NCBI GenBank assembly: GCA_002189035.1
Contig: NEEC01000199.1
Location: 1,397 to 65,396 of the forward strand
Length of the DNA stretch: 64,000 bases
Origin: Utricularia gibba
Taxonomy: Eukaryota; Plantae; Magnoliophyta
Direction: 5' to 3'
Both the position numbers and the translations under genes were made by a program. How positions within the stretch are numbered: the first letter of the stretch is position 1; every line of letters starts with the position of its first letter. Below the pieces are notes generated by a model. The model ran no database searches and had not been told where the DNA came from. It was given only the letters and a program-made list of their open reading frames with translations. Shown piece by piece: positions 50,801 through 61,100 of this stretch.

Positions 50801-53800
50801 GTGAAGTATGGGTTTTCGAGGCGATCTCTGAACAAGCTCTAGGTGTGTCCTACCCGCAGCCTCATGGTGGCCTCGCACACCGTTCGGCATCTCGTCGATA
50901 TCTTGAAATCAAGATGAGTCACGCTGCGCCCGGCATACCGTTTCGAAGCCCGTTTCCGTGCCGGTCAGCTTCCGTGTTGAAAGCATCTTCGTCCGAGGAT
51001 GCATCAGAGCTCGAATTATCGCCTTATATTAGCCTTCAGATGTGCCACAAATTGGCCACCACGTTCGCGACGATGCGACTCGGAACACGAGAATCGACGC
51101 GATTGTGATTTTCGCCTTGCAAAACATCTGTGTTTTATTGGGTGACGTGAAGTATGGGTTTTCGAGGCGATCTCTGAACAAGCTCTGTGTGTCCCCTACC
51201 CGCAGCCTCATGGTGGCCTCGCACACCGTTCGGTATTTCGGCGATATCTGAAGATGATGAGTCACGCTGCGCCCGGCATACGTTTCGAACCCCTTTCCGT
51301 GCCGGTCAGCTTCCGTGTTGAAAGCATCTTCGTCCGAGGATGCATCAGAGCTCGAATTATCGCCTTATATTAGCCTTCAGATGTGCCACAAATTGGCCAC
51401 CACGTTCGCGACGATGCGACTCGGAACACGAGAATCGACGCGATTGTGATTTTCGGCTTGCAAAACATCTGCGTTTTATTGGGTGACGTGAAGTATGGGT
51501 TTTCGAGCGATCTCTGAACAAGCTCTGGGTGTGTTCCTACCCGCAGCCTCATGGTGGCCTCGCACACCGTTCGGTATTTCGGCGATATCTGAAAAAGTGA
51601 TGAGTCACGCTGCGCCGGCATACCGTTTCGAACCCCTTTCCGTGCCGGTCAGCTTCCGTGTTGAAAGCATCTTCGTCCGAGGATGCATCAGAGCTCGAAT
51701 TATCGCCTTATATTAGCCTTCAGATGTGCCACAAATTGGCCACCACGTTCGCGACGATGCGACTCGGAACACGAGAATCGACGCGATTGTGATTTTCGCC
51801 TTGCAAAACATCTGTGTTTTATTGGGTGACGTGAAGTATGGGTTTTCGAGGCGATCTCTGAACAAGCTCTAGGTGTGTTCCTACCCGCAGCCTCATGGTG
51901 GCCTCGCACACCGTTCGGCATCGTCGATATCTTGAAGATCAAGATGAGTCACGCTGCGCCCGGCATACCGTTTCGAAGCCCGTTCCGTGCCGGTCAGCTT
52001 CCGTGTTGAAAGCATCTTCGTCCGAGGATGCATCAGAGCTCGAATTATCGCCTTATATTAGCCTTCAGATGTGCCACAAATTGGCCACCACGTTCGCGAC
52101 GATGCGACTCGGAACACGAGAATCGACGCGATTGTGATTTTCGCCTTGCAAAACATCTGCGTTTTATTGGGTGACGTGAAGTATGGGTTTTCGAGGCGAT
52201 CTCTGAACAAGCTCTGGTGTGTCCTACCCGCAGCCTCATGGTGGCCTCGCACACCGTTCGGCATCTCGTCGATATCTTGAAGATCAAGATGAGTCACGCT
52301 GCGCCCGGCATACCGTTTCGAACCCTTCCGTGCGGTCAGCTTCCGTGTTGAAAGCATCTTCGTCCGAGGATGCATCAGAGCTCGAATTATCGCCTTATAT
52401 TAGCCTTCAGATGTGCCACAAATTGGCCACCACGTTCGCGACGATGCGACTCGGAACACGAGAATCGACGCGATTGTGATTTTCGCCTTGCAAAACATCT
52501 ACGTTTTATTGGGTGACGTGAAGTATGGGTTTTCGAGGCGATCTCTGAACAAGCTCTAGGTGTGTTCCTACCCGCAGCCTCATGGTGGCCTCGCACACCG
52601 TTCGGCATCTCGTCGATATCTTGAAGATCAAGATGAGTCACGCTGCGCCCGGCATACCGTTTCGAACCCTTTCCGTGCCGGTCAGCTTCCGTGTTGAAAG
52701 CATCTTCGTCCGAGGATGCATCAGAGCTCGAATTATCGCCTTATATAGCCTTCAGATGTGCCACAAATTGGCCACCACGTTCGCGACGATGCGACTCGGA
52801 ACACGAGAATCGACGCGATTGTGATTTTCGCCTTGCAAAACATCTGTGTTTTATTGGGTGACGTGAAGTATGGGTTTTCGAGCGATCTCTGAACAAGCTC
52901 TGGGTGTGTCCCTACCCGCAGCCTCATGGTGGCCTCGCACACCGTTCGGTATTTCGGCGATATCTGAAATGATGAGTCACGCTGCGCCGGCATACCGTTT
53001 CGAACCCCTTTCCGTGCCGGTCAGCTTCCGTGTTGAAAGCATCTTCGTCCGAGGATGCATCAGAGCTCGAATTATCGCCTTATATTAGCCTTCAGATGTG
53101 CCACAAATTGGCCACCACGTTCGCGACGATGAGTTTCGGAACACGAGAATCGACGCGATTGTGATTTTCGCTTGCAAAAGATCTGCGTTTTATTGGATGA
53201 CGTGAAGTATGGGTTTTCGAGCGATCTCTGAACAAGCTCTGGGTGTGTCCCTACCCGCAGCCTCATGGTGGCCTCGCACACCGTTCGGTATTTCGTCGAT
53301 ATCTTGAAAGTGATGAGTCACGCTGCGCGGCATACCGTTTCGAACCCCTTTCCGTGCCGGTCAGCTTCCGTGTTGAAAGCTCTTCGTCCGAGGATGCATC
53401 AGAGCTCGAATTATCGCCTTATATTAGCCTTCAGATGTGCCACAAATTGGCCACCACGTTCGCGACGATGCGACTCGGAACACGAGAATCGACGCGATTG
53501 TGATTTTCGCCTTGCAAAACATCTGCGTTTTATTGGGTGACGTGAAGTATGGGTTTTCGAGGCGATCTCTGAACAAGCTCTAGGTGTGTTCCTACCCGCA
53601 GCCTCATGGTGGCCTCGCACACCGTTCGGCATCTCGTCGATATCTTGAAGATCAAGATGAGTCACGCTGCGCCCGGCATACCGTTTCGAACCCGTTCCGT
53701 GCCGGTCAGCTTCCGTGTTTGAAAGCATCTTCGTCCGAGGATGCATCAGAGCTCGAATTATCGCCTTATATTAGCCTTCAGATGTGCCACAAATTGGCCA

Positions 53801-54767
53801 CCACGTTCGCGACGATGCGACTCGGAACACGAGAATCGACGCGATTGTGATTTTCGCCTTGCAAAACATCTGTGTTTTATTGGGTGACGTGAAGTATGGG
53901 TTTTCGAGGCGATCTCTGAACAAGCTCTAGGTGTGTTCCTACCCGCAGCCTCATGGTGGCCTCGCACACCGTTCGGCATCTCGTCGATATCTTGAAGATC
54001 AAGATGAGTCACGCTGCGCCCGGCATACCGTTTCGAACCCGTTCCGTACCGGTCAGCTTCCGTGTTGAAAGCATCTTCGTCCGAGGATGCATCAGAGCTC
54101 GAATTATCGCCTTATATTAGCCTTCAGATGTGCCACAAATTGGCCACCACGTTCGCGACGATGCGACTCGGAACACAAGAATCGACGCGATTGTGATTTT
54201 CGCCTTGCAAAACATCTACGTTTTATTGGGTGACGTGAAGTATGGGTTTTCGAGGCGATCTCTGAACAAGCTCTAGGTGTGTTCCTACCCGCAGCCTCAT
54301 GGTGGCCTCGCACACCGTTCGGCATCTCGTCGATATCTTGAAAATCAAGATGAGTCACGCTGCGCCGGCATACCGTTTCGAACCCGTTCCGTGCCGGTCA
54401 GCTTCCGTGTTGAAAGCATCTTCGTCCGAGGATGCATCAGAGCTCGAATTATCGCCTTATATTAGCCTTCAGATGTGCCACAAATTGGCCACCACGTTCG
54501 CGACGATGCGACTCGGAACACGAGAATCGACGCGATTGTGATTTTCGCCTTGCAAAACATCTGTGTTTTATTGGTGACGTGAAGTATGGGTTTTCGAGCG
54601 ATCTCTGAACAAGCTCTGGGTGTGTCCCTACCCGCAGCCTCATGGTGGCCTCGCACACCGTTCGGATTTCGGCGATATCTTGAAAAGTGATGAGTCACGC
54701 TGCGCCGGCATACCGTTTCGAACCCTTTCCGTGCCGGTCAGCTTCCGTGTTGAAAGCATCTTCGTCC

Positions 54768-57700
54768 GAGGATGCATCAGAGCTCGAATTATCGCCTTAT
54801 ATTAGCCTTCAGATGTGCCACAAATTGGCCACCACGTTCGCGACGATGAGTTTCGGAACACGAGAATCGACGCGATTGTGATTTTCGCTTGCAAAAGATC
54901 TGCGTTTTATTGGGTGACGTGAAGTATGGGTTTTCGAGGCGATCTCTGAACAAGCTCTGGTGTGTTCCTACCCGCAGCCTCATGGTGGCCTCGCACACCG
55001 TTCGGTATCTCGTCGATATCTTGAAAATCAAGATGAGTCACGCTGCGCCGGGCATACCGTTTCGAACCCCTTTCCGTGCCGGTCAGCTTCCGTGTTGAAA
55101 GCATCTTCGTCCGAGGATGCATCAGAGCTCGAATTATCGCCTTATATAGCCTTCAGATGTGCCACAAATTGGCCACCACGTTCGCGACGATGCGACTCGG
55201 AACACGAGAATCGACGCGATTGTGATTTTCGCCTTGCAAAACATCTGTGTTTTATTGGGTGACGTGAAGTATGGGTTTTCGAGGCGATCTCTGAACAAGC
55301 TCTAGGTGTGTTCCTACCCGCAGCCTCATGGTGGCCTCGCACACCGTTCGGCATCTCGTCGATATCTTGAAGATCAAGATGAGTCACGCTGCGCCCGGCA
55401 TACCGTTTCGAAGCCCGTTCCGTACCGGTCAGCTTCCGTGTTGAAAGCATCTTCGTCCGAGGATGCATCAGAGCTCGAATTATCGCCTTATATTAGCCTT
55501 CAGATGTGCCACAAATTGGCCACCACGTTCGCGACGATGCGACTCGGAACACGAGAATCGACGCGATTGTGATTTTCGCCTTGCAAAACATCTACGTTTT
55601 ATTGGGTGACGTGAAGTATGGGTTTTCGAGGCGATCTCTGAACAAGCTCTAGGTGTGTCCTACCCGCAGCCTCATGGTGGCCTCGCACACCGTTCGGCAT
55701 CTCGTCGATATCTTGAAGATCAAGATGAGTCACGCTGCGCCCGGCATACCGTTTCGAACCCCTTTCCGTGCCGGTCAGCTTCCGTGTTGAAAGCATCTTC
55801 GTCCGAGGATGCATCAGAGCTCGAATTATCGCCTTATATTAGCCTTCAGATGTGCCACAAATTGGCCACCACGTTCGCGACGATGAGTTTCGGAACACGA
55901 GAATCGACGCGATTGTGATTTTCGGCTTGCAAAAGATCTGCGTTTTATTGGATGACGTGAAGTATGGGTTTTCGATGCGATCTCTGAACAAGCTCTGGGT
56001 GTGTCCCTACCCGCAGCCTCATGTGGCCTCGCACACCGTTCGGTATTCGGCGATATCTGAAAACCGTGATGAGTCACGCTGCGCCGGCATACCGTTTCGA
56101 ACCCCTTTCCGTGCCGGTCAGCTTCCGTGTTGAAAGCATCTTCGTCCGAGGATGCATCAGAGCTCGAATTATCGCCTTATATTAGCCTTCAGATGTGCCC
56201 ACAATTGGCCACCACGTTCGCGACGATGCGACTCGGAACACGAGAATCGACGCGATTGTGATTTTCGCCTTGCAAAACATCTACGTTTTATTGGGTGACG
56301 TGAAGTATGGGTTTTCGAGGCGATCTCTGAACAAGCTCTAGGTGTGTTCCTACCCGCAGCCTCATGGTGGCCTCGCACACCGTTCGGCATCTCGTCGATA
56401 TCTTGAAGATCAAGATGAGTCACGCTGCGCCCGGCATACCGTTTCGAAGCCCGTTCCGTGCCGGTCAGCTTCCGTGTTGAAAGCATCTTCGTCCGAGGAT
56501 GCATCAGAGCTCGAATTATCGCCTTATATTAGCCTTCAGATGTGCCACAAATTGGCCACCACGTTCGCGACGATGCGACTCGGAACACGAGAATCGACGC
56601 GATTGTGATTTTCGCCTTGCAAAACATCTGCGTTTTATTGGGTGACGTGAAGTATGGGTTTTCGAGGCGATCTCTGAACAAGCTCTAGGTGTGTTCCTAC
56701 CCGCAGCCTCATGGTGGCCTCGCACACCGTTCGGCATCTCGTCGATATCTTGAAGATCAAGATGAGTCACGCTGCGCCCGGCATACCGTTTCGAACCCCT
56801 TTCCGTGCCGGTCAGCTTCCGTGTTGAAAGCATCTTCGTCCGAGGATGCATCAGAGCTCGAATTATCGCCTTATATTAGCCTTCAGATGTGCCACAAATT
56901 GGCCACCACGTTCGCGACGATGAGTTTCGGAACACGAGAATCGACGCGATTGTGATTTTCGGCTTGCAAAAGATCTGCGTTTTATTGGATGACGTGAAGT
57001 ATGGGTTTTCGAGCGATCTCTGAACAAGCTCTGGTGTGTCCTACCCGCAGCCTCATGGTGGCCTCGCACACCGTTCGGTATTTCGGCGATATCCTGAAAA
57101 CCGTGATGAGTCACGCTGCGCCGGCATACCGTTTCGAACCCCTTTCCGTGCCGGTCAGCTTCCGTGTTGAAAGCATCTTCGTCCGAGGATGCATCAGAGC
57201 TCGAATTATCGCCTTATATAGCCTTCAGATGTGCCACAAATTGGCCACCACGTTCGCGACGATGCGACTCGGAACACAAGAATCGACGCGATTGTGATTT
57301 TCGCCTTGCAAAACATCTACGTTTTATTGGGTGACGTGAAGTATGGGTTTTCGAGGCGATCTCTGAACAAGCTCTAGGTGTGTTCCTACCCGCAGCCTCA
57401 TGGTGGCCTCGCACCGTTCGGCATCATCGTTTCGAAGCCCGTTCCGAGCCGGTCATCTTCCGTGTTGAAAGCTTCTTCGTCCGAGGATGCATCAGAGCTC
57501 GAATTATCGCCTTATCTTAGCCTTCAGATGTGCCACAAATTGGCCACCACGTTCGCGACGATGCGACTCGGAACACGAGAATCGACGCGATTGTGATTTT
57601 CGGCTTGCAAAACATCTGTGTTTTATTGGGTGACGTGAAGTATGGGTTTTCGAGCGATCTCTGAACAAGCTCTGGGTGTGTCCTACCCGCAGCCTCATGG

Positions 57701-58172
57701 TGGCCTCGCACACCCGTTCGGCATCTCGTCGTATCTTGAAGATCAAGATGAGTCACGCCGCGCCCGCATACCGTTTCGAAGCCCGTTCCGAGCCGGTCAT
57801 CTTCCGTGTTGAAAGCATCTTCGTCCGAGGATGCATCAGAGCTCGAATTATCGCCTTATCTTAGCCTTCAGATGTGCCACAAATTGGCACCACGTTCGCG
57901 ACGATGAGTTTCGGAACACGAGAATCGACGCGATAGTGATTTTCGGCTTGCAAAAGATCTGCGTTTTATTGGATGACGTGAAGTATGGGTTTTCGATGCG
58001 ATCTCTGAACAAGCTCTGGGTGTGTCCCTACCCGCAGCCTCATGGTGGCCTCGCACACCGTTCGGTATTTCGGCGATATCCTGAAAACCGTGATGAGTCA
58101 CGCTGCGCTCGGCATACCGTTTCGAACCCCTTTCCGTGCCGGTCAGCTTCCGTGTTGAAAGCATCTTCGTCC
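54768..58172. repeat. Local trimer HOR (GAGTTTC monomer followed by two A monomers, ~1037 bp)
   Basis: GATGAGTTTCGG monomers start at 54768, 55805, 56842 and 57827 (spacings 1037, 1037, 985; the last is shortened by the 47-bp deletion). Confidence 0.75.
57185..57482. repeat. Truncated monomer (298 bp) with a ~47-bp deletion between two CGGCAT copies
   Basis: Reads CCGTTCGGCATCATCGTTTCGAAGCCC at 57414-57440, skipping the normal TCGTCGATATCTTGAAGATC...GCTGCGCCCGGCAT segment. Confidence 0.8.
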
Positions 58173-61100
58173 GAGGATGCATCAGAGCTCGAATTATCGC
58201 CTTATATTAGCCTTCAGATGTGCCACAAATTGGCCACCACGTTCGCGACGATGCGACTCGGAACACGAGAATCGACGCGATTGTGATTTTCGCCTTGCAA
58301 AACATCTGCGTTTTATGGGTGACGTGAAGTATGGGTTTTCGAGCGATCTCTGAACAAGCTCTGGGTGTGTCCCTACCCGCAGCCTCATGGTGGCCTCGCA
58401 CACCGTTCGGCATTCGTCGATATCTTGAAAATCAAGATGAGTCACGCTGCGCCCGGCATACCGTTTCGAACCCTTTCCGTGCCGGTCAGCTTCCGTGTTG
58501 AAAGCATCTTCGTCCGAGGATGCATCAGAGCTCGAATTATCGCCTTATATTAGCCTTCAGATGTGCCACAAATTGGCCACCACGTTCGCGACGATGCGAC
58601 TCGGAACACGAGAATCGACGCGATTGTGATTTTCGCCTTGCAAAACATCTGCGTTTTATTGGTGACGTGAAGTATGGGTTTTCGAGGCGATCTCTGAACA
58701 AGCTCTGGTGTGTTCCTACCCGCAGCCTCATGGTGGCCTCGCACACCGTTCGGCATTCGTCGATATCTGAAGATCAAGATGAGTCACGCTGCGCCCGGCA
58801 TACCGTTTCGAACCCCTTTCCGTGCCGGTCAGCTTCCGTGTTGAAAGCATCTTCGTCCGAGGATGCATCAGAGCTCGAATTATCGCCTTATATAGCCTTC
58901 AGATGTGCCACAAATTGGCCACCACGTTCGCGACGATGCGACTCGGAACACGAGAATCGACGCGATTGTGATTTTCGCTTGCAAAACATCTGCGTTTTAT
59001 TGGGTGACGTGAAGTATGGGTTTTCGAGGCGATCTCTGAACAAGCTCTGGGTGTGTCCTACCCGCAGCCTCATGGTGGCCTCGCACACCGTTCGGCATTT
59101 CGGCGATATCTTGAAATCAAGATGAGTCACGCTGCGCCCGGCATACCGTTTCGAACCCCTTTCCGTGCCGGTCAGCTTCCGTGTTGAAAGCATCTTCGTC
59201 CGAGGATGCATCAGAGCTCGAATTATCGCCTTATATTAGCCTTCAGATGTGCCACAAATTGGCCACCACGTTCGCGACGATGCGACTCGGAACACGAGAA
59301 TCGACGCGATTGTGATTTTCGCCTTGCAAAACATCTGCGTTTTATTGGGTGACGTGAAGTATGGGTTTTCGAGGCGATCTCTGAACAAGCTCTGGTGTGT
59401 TCCTACCCGCAGCCTCATGGTGGCCTCGCACACCGTTCGGCATTTCGTCGATATCTTGAAAATCAAGATGAGTCACGCTGCGCCCGGCATACCGTTTCGA
59501 ACCCCTTTCCGTGCCGGTCAGCTTCCGTGTTGAAAGCATCTTCGTCCGAGGATGCATCAGAGCTCGAATTATCGCCTTATATTAGCCTTCAGATGTGCCA
59601 CAAATTGGCCACCACGTTCGCGACGATGCGTTTCGGAACACGAGAATCGACGCGATTGTGATTTTCGGCTTGCAAAAGATCTGCGTTTTATTGGGTGACG
59701 TGAAGTATGGGTTTTCGAGCGATCTCTGAACAAGCTCTGGGTGTGTCCCTACCCGCAGCCTCATGGTGGCCTCGCACACCGTTCGGTATTTCGGCGATAT
59801 CTGAAGTGATGAGTCACGCTGCGCCGCATACCGTTTCGAACCCCTTTCCGTGCCGGTCAGCTTCCGTGTTGAAAGCATCTTCGTCCGAGGATGCATCAGA
59901 GCTCGAATTATCGCCTTATATTAGCCTTCAGATGTGCCACAAATTGGCCACCACGTTCGCGACGATGCGACTCGGAACACGAGAATCGACGCGATTGTGA
60001 TTTTCGCTTGCAAAACATCTGCGTTTTATTGGGTGACGTGAAGTATGGGTTTTCGAGGCGATCTCTGAACAAGCTCTAGGTGTGTTCCTACCCGCAGCCT
60101 CATGGTGGCCTCGCACACCGTTCGGCATTCGTCGATATCTGAAAATGATGAGTCACGCTGCGCCCGGCATACCGTTTCGAACCCTTCCGTGCCGGTCAGC
60201 TTCCGTGTTGAAAGCATCTTCGTCCGAGGATGCATCAGAGCTCGAATTATCGCCTTATATTAGCCTTCAGATGTGCCACAAATTGGCCACCACGTTCGCG
60301 ACGATGCGACTCGGAACACGAGAATCGACGCGATTGTGATTTTCGCCTTGCAAAATCTGTTTTATTGGGTGACGTGAAGTATGGGTTTTCGAGGCGATCT
60401 CTGAACAAGCTCTGGTGTGTCCCTACCCGCAGCCTCATGGTGGCCTCGCACACCGTTCGGTATTTCGGCGATATCTGAAAAGATGAGTCACGCTGCGCCG
60501 GCATACCGTTTCGAACCCCTTTCCGTGCCGGTCAGCTTCCGTGTTGAAAGCATCTTCGTCCGAGGATGCATCAGAGCTCGAATTATCGCCTTATATTGCC
60601 TTCAGATGTGCCACAAATTGGCCACCACGTTCGCGACGATGCGACTCGGAACACGAGAATCGACGCGATTGTGATTTTCGCCTTGCAAAACATCTGTGTT
60701 TTATTGGTGACGTGAAGTATGGGTTTTCGAGCGATCTCTGAACAAGCTCTGGGTGTGTCCCTACCCGCAGCCTCATGGTGGCCTTTTTTCGGCATTCGTC
60801 GATATCTTGAAATCAAGATGAGTCACGCTGCGCCCGGCATACCGTTTCGAACCCCTTCCGTGCCGGTCAGCTTCCGTGTTGAAAGCATCTTCGTCCGAGG
60901 ATGCATCAGAGCTCGAATTATCGCCTTATTTAGCCTTCAGATGTGCCACAAATTGGCCACCACGTTCGCGACGATGCGACTCGGAACACGAGAATCGACG
61001 CGATTGTGATTTTCGCTTGCAAAATCTGCGTTTTATTGGATGACGTGAAGTATGGGTTTTCGAGCGATCTCTGAACAAGCTCTGGGTGTGTCCCTACCCG

